Positions 49,345 through 63,174 of a stretch of 64,000 nucleotides of DNA are shown piece by piece. The position numbers and the translations under genes are program-made. Origin of the DNA: Marsupella aquatica (Eukaryota; Plantae; Marchantiophyta); the NCBI GenBank assembly GCA_973895155.1, contig OZ316892.1, positions 24,823,233-24,887,232 on the forward strand, read 5' to 3'. The notes beneath the pieces are model-generated. The model worked only from the letters and a program-made list of their open reading frames with translations, was not told the DNA's origin and searched no databases. How positions within the stretch are numbered: the first letter of the stretch is position 1; each line of letters starts with the position of its first letter.

Positions 49345-52300
49345 ATGATGCACTGGCTGCTGTTTGGATATGTGGGTATGCTTCCTCTGTTGCTGTTCAT
49401 TCTGGTGTGTGGGGATCGACCCACGTTTGAAGGAACGTGGCTGGAGAAAGTTTATAGCTTTGTTTTCGCCGGTGGATGTTTCGACACGTTGCTGTGAGTA
49501 ACCTACCATTTGAAGTCTTTCCTTAACTCTTCAAAATTCATTTAGTCAGTCAGTCATAGATTGAATGAATCATTCACTCATCCATTCATTCTCGTTTTTT
49601 GTAATTCTGCTGGTGATCTTACCAGATACTTTATTGTGCTTTCCATCCGGTCCTTTGCAATCTCCCTTTCGCATGTTTCTCTACCGTCCAGTGGACCCTG
49701 GGACCAGTTTATTCCACTCCAACTCTCAACTTCTCCACCGCTACACGGAATTCATTCATTTGTTCTCTCATCAATTTCCCAAGTGAACTAGACATTTGTC
49801 GGGCAGTCGAGTAGGCGATCAGAGACCTAAGCAGTTGCCATCAAAAGTCTTTGTTTTCTCTCGCTAATTTGCGCAAGATGCCTCATTTTCAAAAAGGTAA
49901 TTGAAACGGTATGCTTGACAATCTAAGAAAACGTTTTTTCCCTCTCTATCCTATAATCTCCAGACTGTCCAGTGCTTGCTGGGTACTTACTCGATGAATT
50001 TCATATGTATGAACCTTAAAAAACATTATAAAGACAAGTAATTAGAAAGAGGAACTAGAAACATGCACGAAGATATGGCTATACATGTCCATCAAGGGAA
50101 AACACAGAAACCCCTATGATTTTCGCGAACACGAAAATTAGGAAAGCATCATCCACCGCTTTACTTTCTTGCGCATGGTATCTACTATCTAGAGATGGGT
50201 GACTTTGAGCTGTTTTACGACCTGTATAGGGAAGCAAATCTTCATTTAGCCACCTCTAATCCTAGTCTTCTTTTTAGTCACGCCAAGATGCTACAAATAG
50301 GACCCAGATCACCAGACGCTCAGTTGATAGGCTCAAGGTAAGTATATGCATATTTCGTAGGGCGCCTGAACTTAGGGGACGGCATCTTGGAAATCTCGAA
50401 GAAACAAGGGTACTTTTAAACTTCAAGAACTTTAGAGGGTAGTTTGGTAATGATACCTTCCATCAACAGCTAGATATGAAAGCTTGAACGTATCATCGTA
50501 ACGAATAGATTTTTGAAAACAAACGTTCTCTCTTTCATGACAAATGCTTCATGGTTGTAGGGGTTTGATCCGCAAAGCCTTTGGGGAGAGGGGGTCAAAT
50601 GCTTGTGCAGCTGCGGAATCATACTGCTGTGAGCGACCAAATCCAATTTTACAGGTGAGGCACCACTATAATCTTCTGTATTATCAACTCTGTAGGAGTG
50701 ACCACAGTTTCAGGTGACACTTCAAAAACAAAATGATGACTGCACGTTCGGCGCACACTTGCTTGGTTACCTTGTGCATGACTGAACAGGAAGGCGATTT
50801 AACCCACAAAAGATCAATATCTTTGTCTCTGCAGCTATTCTATCTGGCAATCGTTGGAGGCACTTATTTTTCAATATGTGCTACATCACTTCAATACATT
50901 CCTGGGTACTACTTGGGGGCATGGCACAGGTGCGGGATCCAGCTTCTTGTCTTGGCACCATTAGCTTACTGTCTTGCGCTATTTTAGCACTTTATGTGTT
51001 GCAGTCATTCTTTAGAAACTCTTTGAAGGCATAGGATCTCTATCTTTGCTGTCTCTTGTTGACATGGTTTGGGTACTAGTAATCGTCAGTTGATTTCATT
51101 GGGAAGTTAAATTAATACACTTTCACTGAGGTTTGTTGCCTATTCTTGCAATTGTACAGGTATGCTGGACACGGTGCAGTTCTGTTGGGAATTATTCTCT
51201 TTCTCATGACAAGTTTTTGCGATCCGGGTACAATTAATGCTGCAACTCTGCGACGACATAGTTCTATCTTTCCCTTTGATAATATTATATACCAAGAGAA
51301 GGTGTGCGTCACCTGCAAGATACCACGGTATGCTACCTGATGCGTATATTTGCGAGGGATTAGTTTTTCTAGCTTCTATCGTTTGCCTATACTGCCTCTG
51401 CCCCCTTCATCTTGGGATTGTAGGCTTCCTTTATATCGAGACGTATCTTATGGCTTGTTTCAATTTCCATGGCAGGCCAGCACGCTCAAAGCATTGTAGT
51501 ATTTGTAATCGCTGCATTGCCCGATTTGACCATCATTGTGGCTGGATGGTCAGTTCTCCTACGAATCTTGCAACCAGGGGCAGCCAAGATTGCCTTCTAT
51601 TGAAAGGTCCCTTTGCTGCCAATTTGTTTGGATGGACTAACCTAGAAAGATGACAGTAGTGGGCATAGTAAGGAAATTGTTTAACTGCAGCTGTTGTAAG
51701 ATGTTCTTCTCGTCTTTCTCCTCAAGATAATGTGGCTGAAAGGTTCAAGTCTCTGTCGCTGACATTCTGGAAACGATTGGCGACAGAATAATTGCATTGG
51801 GGAGAATAATCTGCGCTACTTCTTGGGGTTCCTGATCTGGTAAATTTAGCTCCTTGTAAAACCAAGATATGGTCCCTAGGTGATACTTTAGAAACATTTC
51901 AACTCCTGCAAGGCTAAATTAAAAGGTAGGAATTGTAGATCGAGTTGTTGTTCTATACTATTTGTTTGCTGCAGGATATAGCAGTTTTTTTTATATATGA
52001 TGACTTTTTTAATTGGATAACGTAATTTATTTTCTGGTGTGTGTTGAGTGTAGGCATGTTTGTCTTTGCTGGTATGGAGTTTATCTTCTTGGGGCCATTC
52101 TACTTGGAGAGATCCAAGAACGAAATGTGATACGCACAGTTAACTGTGAGTGCACTCGCCGACTTTACCTTCTCGCCAGCCAAAATTGCAAATGCATTTT
52201 CAAACAACGTGTGACGCATAGTTTATTACATAATTCTAATTCAACCAAGGCACTCCCTAGAATAAGTGGACATTGGTGAAAATTAGGAAACTTAGACAAT

Positions 52301-53274
52301 ACACCAAGGCTTGAGATGATGGTGGAATCAACAGTTGCCTGTTCTGCTTCTTCGTGCAGACTATTATGGGACCTCAGCGAGAGATGTATACCCTCAGATT
52401 CTTCAGGTACAGTGCACATTCAGAATTCAGTTTCCACTTTATTTCGACTTGCTTTTGATGTAAAAGTTTGTCCCATGGCTGAAGACGGTTGTCTCGTCTG
52501 AAAATTATTTGAGATCTTGGAACCGGCTTTATAAACCTAATCTCATGACAACAGGTGACTAGTACTGCCCTTGTGGGGAGAGGTTGCTTTGGACTAATCA
52601 TGAACCCTGTCTCGTGCAGTGGCTCTTGATATTCTACTCAGCGCAAGTTCTCATGATGATCTTCCTGTCCGTTGTTTCTCTTCTTCTGTTGTCGTTTACT
52701 GGCTACCATGTTTATCTTGTGGTGATGAATACCACCACAAATGAGGTTGGCCCCTTGCTTCGGTTGGCGCTTTAGCTTAAATAGTTTTTCTTACTACCCT
52801 AGTCTTTTGTCTTCCCTTCCAGTTAAGCTTTGTCAAGCCTCCGACAGAAGAGGAAATGAGGTCGAGGATTAAGAAAAAGGTGGATTGTTTTATTTCTGAC
52901 AAGATTACAGCAGTGCTAAACGTAGTTTCTGCCTCGACTTAGTATCGTTAGTCTTTCCATTCTGGTTGCAGACATACAAGTGGGACGACTATCAACGATG
53001 GGAAGCTGAAATGGCATGGTCTAAAATACTGGCGGACGAAAATGAAAAGTCAGGTAAAGAAAAGGCAGAAGTTGCAGATAAGTCAGTTCGCAAGTCTGGC
53101 CTCCTTGGTTTCTTCTATAAGAATCACACTAATCTACCCCCAAAACCCAAGCCGTCTTCATTTAAGAAGGATAACTTGTACAATAGAGGGGTTTTTGCAA
53201 ATGCAGCAGAAGTCATCTATCCACGATCATCCAGGACTAAAGTTACTCGATCAAGACGGACAAAGAAGGACTAA
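49345..53274 (+). CDS. PAT17: DHHC protein S-acyltransferase, PAT17/SWF1-like, 10 exons
   Basis: GT-AG exons 49345-49493, 50561-50654, 50835-50929, 51160-51327, 51476-51548, 51787-51839, 52054-52145, 52360-52406, 52620-52746 and 52972-53274; [46 protein letters not shown] and NLYNRG motifs. Confidence 0.93.
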
Positions 53275-54554
53275 TGGTGAAAATAGTTTTGGGACCCTCC
53301 CCCGCTGCATGGTGGTAGTCAGATAGACCAACCACTTTACTAAAAGAGCTGTTATGGTGGCCAATGGTCATGTCAACGCGGAATTCAAAACCTCTCTTTG
53401 AGAAAACATGTTTTGTGTTACGCAAATTTGGGTCTATTGATCATCTACACATTCGAATTCTTGAAGAGGATTTTCAGTTCAGGCTGAGTTCTCTTTTAAA
53501 ATAATTGTGCCTCACCTTGATCAACAATCAAGCAGATTGTACGGGCAAATTCAACATTATACATTCATGCAGATTATGACAAGCAACTTGTTATATCTTT
53601 CTTCTGCCATACACAGTATTTGAAGTCGAGGCTGGCCGTGAAGAAGATCGATCTGGATGTGCTCACCTTGCTACACGGCTAGATGTCAAGAGTGGATTTT
53701 GCATAATAATATAGTGGCTATTGAATAAATTTACGGCTGGGAATGAGGAGTTGCCTGTTCATACTGCAATTTATCAACATTTTCTCTAGGGTTCAGTAGG
53801 AGAAAAGGGCTCATTCATTGTAAATGGTTGTCTAGTTTCGTCCAGTAACACAAAGTGAGAATAAATGATTGAGCCTAAACCGTCTATCAAATAGCGGTCA
53901 AGTACATGTCTCCTCTTTCCAACGTTCGATTTCTTCCACCTCTGCCATTGGTGTGTAGAAGTGTCTAAAAATATTTTGAGGGAAAGCTCTCTCCTACACA
54001 ACGCATGTTGATATTTATTGCATTCTCCTATATGTGATTGGTGTGATGTTCATCTATTAGTGATGGTGATGGTGATCCGCATACTGGTTCGGCAAAACAA
54101 CACATCCTCGTATTAAATCGCAGTGTTCTCCCCACTAGCCTCCCCATCAGCAGCATTATCCTTTGCAAACACTTCCATCCTGAAGGTGACAGGAATTCGG
54201 CCACAGCGGACCAATTCCTTCAGAAGTGTTTTTTCCAGGTCGAGGGGAGCAAAATATCTCCTTTCCTTTCGATCTTTTCTTTAATCCTCTTTTCTGGTGA
54301 TCTTCTACATTTCTTGCAATCCTTCGATCCCCGCTCAAATATATCTACTTTCCTCAGATCTCTGTGGAACGGGAAGTCAATTTCTCTCCTGGCTTGGTCC
54401 AAGTTACAAAGACTAAAATGTAAACACCCTCTCCAGCTCCTGCTTTGAGCGAAGATAAAGCAAAGGGCAGAAGTTTTGCTGCAACTGCATCCTCTCCAGC
54501 TCCTTTTCGATTGAAGAAAAACCGTATGGCAGTAAGTTTGGAGCAAATTTCAAG

Positions 54555-56801
54555 CTAATTAAACAAAGCTTCTCGGATAGTGCTACTGAACTCACGGATC
54601 CCCAATCCTATGGCAAAGCTGGTGTAAGCCTTCCCATCTTTCACAAATACGGATGTTCCTAACCGATGCAAGGGACCCGAATATTTCTGAGCGACCTCTG
54701 CGGTTTCCCAACTATCAGAACTGGCCAGAAGCTTCGTCCCCAAGAAGGATGTCACCACAAGTTTATCTGAAGAGAGGAGAGCCATCCCGTCCGCCATGAA
54801 CAGATTTCCAGCGACATTCACGCGTTGGACAGAGGCCCCATCCAGAGAGATCTTTAAGAGAGCTCCCCCCGTGCTGTGATCGACAAGGAGATACCCATCC
54901 GGATGATATACAATTCCATTGAGAGTGGGTACCTCGAAGGGCAGCGGGCCAGAAACTTTCAAAAGAGGGCTGTCAGTGAGAACGAATGATTGGGAACCGT
55001 CCGGGCTCACTTTCCATATCCGAGTTGATCCGGCATCGGTGACATAAGCGTTGCCCTCCTCATCCACTGCCACATCGTCGGCAAAAGACGGCGAATCTAT
55101 GCAACAATGAAACGCATCAGCTCCAAATACTTTTTCAACTTTTTGGGTTAACAGGCAGAAGGTGGGGGCCGATTGGTACAGATGGAAGAATTTCAAATCA
55201 CATGAGCCGCTACGTTCTACGATCCCAGTTCAGTCCAATTGTCAACTAAACAAGGCATGGCAAATTCGAGATATCCTCCTGCACATGATTGACCAGGCAA
55301 AATTTCCGTTTCGGTTTTTCCTGGCGGTAATTCACTCCCACCACCTGACAGGGCTTTCGACATGGGGCAGGATTTTTGCACAATCGCAGCTGAGTAGTTA
55401 GTTGTTTTTCAGATTGTAATGGGTAATTGCGTCACGCAAAAGTGCAAAGGTTGGTCAGTTGTGTAACCTGCAGAGCTCTTTTGTTAGATTTATGGAAGTG
55501 ACTTAGTGATAGGGAGTAGAAGGTTGCTAGACTACGGCCGCTCTTCGAGTAGGATCTTGGCGAACGTACTGTAGATTATTAACTGGAATGAGACCATTGT
55601 TCAGAAAACTGAACTCGTTGAGATTTTGCATGAACTTTATGGTTTAGCCTATTGCCAGGCTATGGGATGCATTGAATTGGGATCTTCGCAAGTTCAAGCG
55701 GCTTCTAAAGACTGCTACGACAACTCTCACTACAGTGCCGGCCTATGTTGAAGCGATGAGTACAAGATCCGAGTCTAAGACTTTCACCGTTCATTCAGGG
55801 AAAACATCTGCAGTGAGCTTCAGGGGCAATGGAAAATTCTTAAGTATTAAAAACCAGCCAACGGAAGGAATAGAATAGTGACTTCTTGAGAATTTTACCT
55901 GGTCCTGCGAGGTCTTTTAGGAAGAGCAGGTCCCACGAGCTTAAATCGTATGCAGCTAGACCACTGTAATCCCTCTTCGCGGTTGTATGTACAACTAGCA
56001 CACGATTGCGGGGTGCATCCACTCGGACGCCAACCCAAGAAGGGCCCCCTGCCTCATTTGGTGCGGCAACAGTCTTTGCGTTGAGAATGGCTCCGGCTTG
56101 GCTGCCGTTCAATTTCACCTGCCATAATTTCCGAGCCACCCAAATTCCAGAGTTAGAGCAGGTGATCACATCGATGACTTCTGATTGTAATTTAATGACA
56201 TCCACATCTCCCAAGAAGATTTGTCCCTCAAAAAGTATGATAGCTGATGTACACTGCTACAATTAGCAGAGTCTCAAGCTATCGATCTGGTGCAAGCATT
56301 CCAATTCAGTTGCACTACTGTGCATTGGCAGAATCAGAACAGGTGTGGAGCCCTCTGTCACACAAATTCACCACACAAAAATTTCATTTCAACGACTCTA
56401 GAGGAATGCAGACGAAAAAACCCACGATATGTAGGTGTGGTCTGTTGACAGACAGTAGAGGAGTAGTTCCTAGAAAATGCTCACAACAGCTAGAAACAGA
56501 AAATTGGTTCATTATAACAACACAAAAATTGAAGAGACGATAGAGATGGGTTCTCTGTGTAGGGTTTAGGGTTCAAACCCTAAACCTCAAACAATCCACC
56601 ACCGCCAGATAGCTTGTATGCAGACAGGAGAACACGGTTGTTCTCTGCATCCCAATCAGCCCCTTCGTGGAAGAAATCTGGGCTCACAAAGTTGATCGAG
56701 GTCTCGCTGTTATTGTCCACACTTAGCCATTTGATGGCAAGAGTGGCTACCACTGCAAAGCATTGCACCACAAGCGATAGCCTGCCTGTCCATGCTGCCA
56801 T
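54555..56801 (-). CDS. SMP-30/gluconolactonase-like (calcium-dependent phosphotriesterase superfamily) beta-propeller protein with an N-terminal signal/anchor, 3 exons, 325 aa
   Basis: Exons 56801-56586, 56118-55899 and 55096-54555 total 978 nt in frame; FFHEGADWD, VDAPRNRVLV, ADDVAVDEEGNAYVTD, LNGIVYHPDGYLLV and ADGMAL motifs. Confidence 0.9.
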
Positions 56802-56929
56802 CCTATGCCAAGTAGCTGCTGCTTACAAAATTCAATGTTGTGAGTCTATGTTAAACTGACCCCACCAGTGGACAGGACCCCTATATAGAGGAGAAAACCT
56901 GGGAAAAACTTACGAAGATCAAAGAGCCA

Positions 56930-57080
56930 AAACCCTAAACTCCAACTACTACAAAGGAACTCAAGCCCTACTCAGCATCCAACTACCACAAAGGAACTAT
57001 AACCCTACTCAGCATCCAACTACCACAAAGGAACTAAAGCCCTACTCAGCATCCAACTACCACCAAGGAACTAAGGCCCA
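56930..57080. repeat. 37-bp tandem repeat x4 in the proximal promoter region of the beta-propeller gene
   Basis: TCCAACTAC recurs at 56941, 56978, 57015 and 57052; TATA-like TATATAG near 56882. Confidence 0.9.
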
Positions 57081-58504
57081 AGTAAATTGAAAAGTCTGGT
57101 AAAGCTCTTGGGTAACTTGCACTAAGGGTCACCAAGGATACGTGTGAAGGGGTCACCGTCTCTCCAGACCCGGGAGTAATTTCAGTGATGACTTATAATT
57201 GTGTATATACTTAAAAAGACAAGTAGGTGTAGCAAAAGTGCCTGACTTTTCAAAAAACATTGTTAGTTCTAATAAATTGATGCCATAACCGGAGCCGGAG
57301 TTGAGAGGGGTGTTTGGCGGTGGTGAAATTTGGTCCAATGATGGCAATGGAGCCATTGAGGGGGTACAAGGGGGCCAAAAGGGGGCCCAAGGACTTGGAG
57401 GCCAAGTTGTAGGCATCCTGATGGGTGGGGGCTGGCCAGAGGTTCCATGCAAGACGTGAACTGGGGAGAATGACAAAAACATATAAAATGCTGAAACTTA
57501 AAACAGACGTAGTTGTGCTAGTACTCTTCCAAACATAGTCATGTATGAATTTATTTTGAAGCCATTGATGAGCCCCATGCAAACCCAGCGTCCATTAGTT
57601 AATTTGAGTCTGTACCAAACATCACACTCCTGATAACTTTTAGCACCCATAAAATGGCCAAACTAGGCGGCCTAGTTTTGGTGTTATGGAGATAGCCACC
57701 AAAGCCTGACTAAAAAGACACTTGTACTCCAACAGAGTATCATATTAACACAATGCCCAGGCAGTGTGTTTGAAGTTGACTTTGTGTTTGACAATCAATT
57801 AAAAAGTTACTTAAAGGAGAAAAGATGTACTGACTACCAGGCATCAAGTCCCAGCGCAGACTACCAGAGAATAGCGTACATCAATGGCCGGAGTCAATTC
57901 CTGCAGGGAAATTGAGGAATCGGGTGAGCAATACATGGACACTTATGCACTTCAGTACACCCATGTGTTCCTTGCATATGTTTGCTGGGACTTCCACTTT
58001 CCATGGACCCAAACACTTCTCTCTAAGACATCACTTCTAGGCCTATCATTCTTGCTTACACACTTCATCTAACAATGCCAAAATCTGAACAGAGGGCCAA
58101 AACTTGAACACAATGCTAATATTTGAACACAACATCAATTATGAACACAATGTTGCAAGTGAAAAGTTTCTAAACAAAGACTCAAACCTCAAACAGAGTG
58201 CTCGGGGCAAGTTTTTCAAATAAAGGACCCTTGGCCCACTATTCAAATATAGCGCCATGGTGTTGTGTTTGGGGGAAGACGGTAGGTGTGGGGACCACTG
58301 GATCTAAAATCCTGAATGTGAAAGTCTCCATAGTTCACAATGCTTGACAAGTGGCTTGGATAGACCATTACAAGCTGAATGGACCTCTCTAAAATGTTAT
58401 TTTCACTCAGATAGAATTTTCTTGAATAAGTGCTCACCTCTTTGGGTGTCTAAAAGCATTATTGCAGTCCTGGAATCCTGCGGGTTAACGTAGCAATCCC
58501 ATTC

Positions 58505-58850
58505 GCAGAGCATTGTAGGCAATAGTAGCCCTCTCTTTTTTCCGGGCAATACACCCGACAATGCCATGTAAACAGAACTTTACTGTATACTTGATTCTCT
58601 TTCATGATTTTTGTCTTTGTAATTTTGGTGTTTTATGGAGAACAATGTGCAGTCCAGATCTGAAAGGGGGCATTATGAAACTTCTCCTTGCGTTTCTGAA
58701 ACTAGTAAAAATTAAAATTTCTCAGGCCTTTGTGTGTATTACTCCCTGTTACCAGGGCATTATGGGCAATAATAGCCCTTCAAAACTTGAGCTAGGGCCC
58801 TCATTTTTTTAGGCAATATGGCCCATGATGCGCTGTTACCAGGACATTAC
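58505..58850. mobile_element. Two tiny MITE-like foldback units
   Basis: CAGGGCATTATGGGC...GCCCATGATGCGCTG inverted ends (58753-58835) and a related unit at 58507-58568; the same end motif occurs at ~10345. Confidence 0.4.
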
Positions 58851-60270
58851 TAAATACATTGTACATTACCCCATATATTTACACACAAAGTTATGACATA
58901 GAATCCACCACATATCATCATATATACAACAAGTTTTCAGAAGTTTGCTAAGTTCATCTGGATCCTTTAATGAACATTGCAGTATCCTATTTCAAAACCA
59001 TCAGTATTAGGAAAGGTCAACAAAGGCCAAGTGAAGCTCATGTTCAAAAATAGACCACAATGTTTGAATTGAAGACTCTGATGGACCAAGAACTTTTTAA
59101 CACCCAAAAAAATTTGACATCTATACACAAGAAAGGTTCTAGATGGGTTGGAATAGTTACTCCATCTGAGTATTTTGTCATATTCCAATGGACTCACAAG
59201 ACCCCAATAGACAAACTAAACACTATTGAACTTGACTCCCATAGCACCATTCATAATATTTCAGAGTACTTAATTCTGCTTGTTACAGGGTTTAGGGTTT
59301 CCTCTGGGGGCTTTTATCTATGCTAACTTAAATTGTTCTCCACCAAAAATAGATGAATAATAACAGTTGATGTAGGTGACTACAGCTAGATGGCTGGCTC
59401 TGATTCATTCCCAGCCCAAGTCCTTGTCCTGAAGTCCTAGGGTCTACTTGCTTGTTAGTCCTCATATTCCATATTCCATGCTCCCTTGATCTTCTTTCAA
59501 TTTAATTATTACATTGCCAACATTTCCACCTCTGGTCGAGTAATTTAACTATAACTATCTTGGAAAGATCTAATGGTCAACATCCTGTCAGTTTTCATCA
59601 GCGGCCAATCATCACCGTCCTCAAATTAACCTTAGCACCCTTGCCCACCCTCGACAAAGGGGGGCCAGGGGCCGGAGTGGGGTAGCCAATAAGGAGGTTT
59701 GGGAGCAAAGTAAGAGACCTACCCCAATATCAAGGGTTGGAAAGCGTGTTACAGCCAGGGTAGAGAACATGGATGTTGTTTCAAGTTAACCATAGCCTAA
59801 CTAACCAGTAATGAAAAGAATGGATAATAATCTAACAACTAGTATATCTCATAAAATTAATATGCTGGCGTGTGCAAAAGTCTAGAAGCAAGTAAAAATA
59901 ATAGTTTTTCGTAGTGTTGCGAACGGGGAACCAATTCACCACTTCGGTACTCTAAGGACAGCATTTCCTTCGTTCCCAGCTCTGCAGTGCGTGCGATGCC
60001 GTTCTGCACGGCAATCCATCCTCCTGAACCACAGCTTTCCATTCTGTAGACAGAGCACAATAGCTTTCACTACTAGGCAGAGTGAATGAAGGAGGACAGA
60101 AACGCATGCAATCCGCAAACGACATCGTCCTGGGAGAGAATCGCATTCCTGAGCTGAGCTCGTCGCGGAGAAGAAATTGACCAAGGTCGGTAAGAAGAAA
60201 GCCGATCGATTGAGCCGGACTGCGAGATCAGTCTGTCAATTTGTTTAGAGCCAGTGCGGGAGAGAGAGGT

Positions 60271-63174
60271 ATGGGAATGGAGATTCCAGCGACTGAGGAG
60301 GAAGAGGAGGAGTTCGAGCAGTCGAGAGAGACCGCGAGATCTGGCAATTCGTTGACAGAGAGGGAGCAAATCACAGCAATGAAGCAAGAGGAGGGGACAG
60401 AGGACGACGACGAGACAGAGGAGGAGGAGGAGGATGGTGAGATTGTGGATGGAGCAGAAGGGAGTGACCAGCATGGGCAGCAGCAGCAGAGGATCACAGA
60501 CGAGGCGAGGGAATTGAGGGTGCTGAAGGCGAGGCCGACCGTCCTCGTGGTCGGCGCTCCGGCTGTCGGCAAGCGCTCAATTGTCAGCCGTATGAAATTC
60601 TCTCTTTCCCTCTCCGTCGCTGTCTGTCTGTTGTGACAAGTTTGGTCTGGCAAGGGAAATTTGGAATGTTTTCTTCTCCAGACGAGCAGCGCACTGCTTG
60701 GAACCTACTTGAGGAAAAACGTAGGGTAAGTTCAGAGGGGGAATTGGTGAAAATCTGACCCTCCTGTGCAGAGATTGAGAAACATAATATAATCGAAGAA
60801 CGCGAGAATTGTTGGGGTTTATATTAAATGGAGATGTTGTGGTCATCAGGTCATGGCAGTGACTGAGTATTGACCTACTGCAGGGCTAGTTGCCAGGGGA
60901 AGATCCGTGAAGGTGACATCAGAAACGGGTGCGACTGGTCATGGGTATGTCGGGACTCCTCTCACTCCAACATTGATGGAATTGCTACCGTCTTCAATCT
61001 TTTTGCTTTTGGTCTGCATCTCCGGTCAACTTTTGCTGTCCTTTGGAGGGATTGAATGCACTGATGGAATTTAAGCGCTCAGATATATTGCAAAGCCTCC
61101 TGGACCCTAAATCAGAGGATGAAATTCTGAACCTGAGGATAGATGCAAGTAGTTAATGGTCCTCCTCCCGGCATGATTTCCTTCGGGGTTCGAACTCCTG
61201 TGGTTCGTATATTCATTGAATGTGGATGACTTAAATCATTGACTGATATGCATGGACACAGCTTGTTCCCTTGCACTATAGGTCGTCTTGCTTACTGGGG
61301 GGGCTCTGGCAATTGTGCTGAAATACTTCGGAAGATGTTTGATGGTCACAGGTGGACAATCGATACCAAGTATTATACAGCAAATGTGGCCTTGTGGATG
61401 ACTCGCCTTGGTCACCCCGCTTTGGAGGATGCAGCAAGTATCAACTCAGAATTCGGGCGTTGCGAAGCTTTGGTCATGGTCTTCGATTTGAGCAATGTAT
61501 GGTGTTCTCCGTTCTCTCTGTGTATGTATCTACGGGAAGGAATGCATGAATAGGCCCTCAGGTTTTAGATGAGCCAGTTTGCCAGGGATCAGTCAGAGTG
61601 TTGGTCGACTGCAGCCCCCTCTTCTCCCTGGACCCCGCAACCCCACATATTTTAAAGAGAGGATGTAGAAAGTCCAGATTTCTTTGGGACTCGAGGTTAT
61701 ATAATGAAATTTAGTGTATGCGCGACATGATATGTAACAGCACTAATGAAGTGAAAGAACAGGAACTGTTTCAACATGCAGCGTAGCGTTTCTTTTATTA
61801 CTAGCTAGAAAATGGGGTCGTTTGTTTTCGATGAACTTCGCAAAATCGGAAAGATACAGCTTGCTCATGTGCTGATAGTATGGTTGGGTATCTGCAGCCT
61901 ACTTCATATGAGCAACTGCAAGAATGGGCTACGAAATGTGATCTTGGAAACTTTGAGATACTGTTGTGCGTTGGAAACAAAGCTGATCGTGTTCCTGAGC
62001 ACTTTGCCCATACCGAGTATCGCCGAAAGCTGCAGAAAAGGGGTGAATCATCTAGTGATCCTCATCCAGAGTTTTGGGATTTTGGGATCAATAGAACTGA
62101 GGGGAGCAGTTTGCTGGACGAGGAATCAGTGTCTGCAGAAGACAGGCGACGATCATGTACCGAATGGTGTAGTGACAATGGCTTCGAGTATATTGAAGCA
62201 TGTGCCAGTGATGAAGTTTTTGATGAATGTAAAAGTCCCTCCCAACTTAGATACTCTGTGTTACAACAGATTGTCCTGCTGTATGCTTTTTAAAGGTTTT
62301 TCAGTATTTACGACTTATTTAATGACATTTGTTAGCCGTTGCCTATCTGACTAGACGTTTCTTACAGGCATGACAGTAGATGGAGATCTCCAAGGTGTAG
62401 CTCGAATTCATGGAGCAATTTCCGCACATATGTGGCCTGGCTTGGTTATGAAGGATGGAAACGAAAGCAACGATACAGCAGGATCTAATCTTGAACAAGG
62501 TCTTGTCCTTTTCTTTGGTAGAGGTGTCAAGAGATCGCCCATGATTTTCCTTTAGCATGTTTCTTATACTTTTTGATGTTTACAACCATTTCCTTCTGGG
62601 CTCTGCAGAGGTCACGAGTGATGATGATTCCGATTATTACATTGAATACGAACTTCTATCAAATGGCTCAGCAGAGCCATGGGAAGCGTCTGGATGGGAG
62701 GAGCAGTGGAGCTTCTCCACGCCTGTTGATGAACCTGCAGCAGAATCTTCCGATGGCCATGGTTCAAGCTCTGCGACTGACAATCAGCCAATTGTGCAGT
62801 CTGATGGTCAGCATGATAATGATGCTATCAATACTCAAGTTTCAAAGGATAGATCAGTTGGTGACGTAGCACCAACTTCCCAAATTCAGACCAAGGATGT
62901 TGAATTGCTCTCAGATGAGCATGTGGATGATCCTGTTGATGCCCAAAATGGTTTTGGACATCAGGAAGTACTTCCCTTAGATGGACCTGAGCGCAATCTA
63001 CCTAGAAACCACGAACTGGAGGATATGGAAAAACTGATGAGTGAGATGGCCAGCATGAGGATGAATATGCGTTCAATGTCAGACCAACATAGAAGGGAGA
63101 TGGCTGCACGACTGGCCTTGAGAATGGCATCCATGTTCAAAGAGGATGAGAGTGGGGAAAGTGATTTAGAGTGA
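60271..63174 (+). CDS. Alpha/gamma-adaptin-binding protein p34 (AAGAB/Irc6)-like pseudo-GTPase, 6 exons
   Basis: Exons 60271-60589, 60884-60944, 61352-61496, 61898-62228, 62368-62499 and 62609-63174; VLVVGAPAVGKRS, WTIDTKYYTA, LCVGNKAD, EYIEACA, AHMWPG and C-terminal LMSEM..MSDQHRREMAARLA. Confidence 0.88.

Noticed and set aside
56560-56590. Chromosome-fusion scar
   Set aside because: Only about 1.5 telomere units per arm, inside an intron of an intact gene
57150-59340. Possible gene between the beta-propeller and p34 genes
   Set aside because: Fragmented frames with no recognisable motif or consistent exon chain; likely old TE debris
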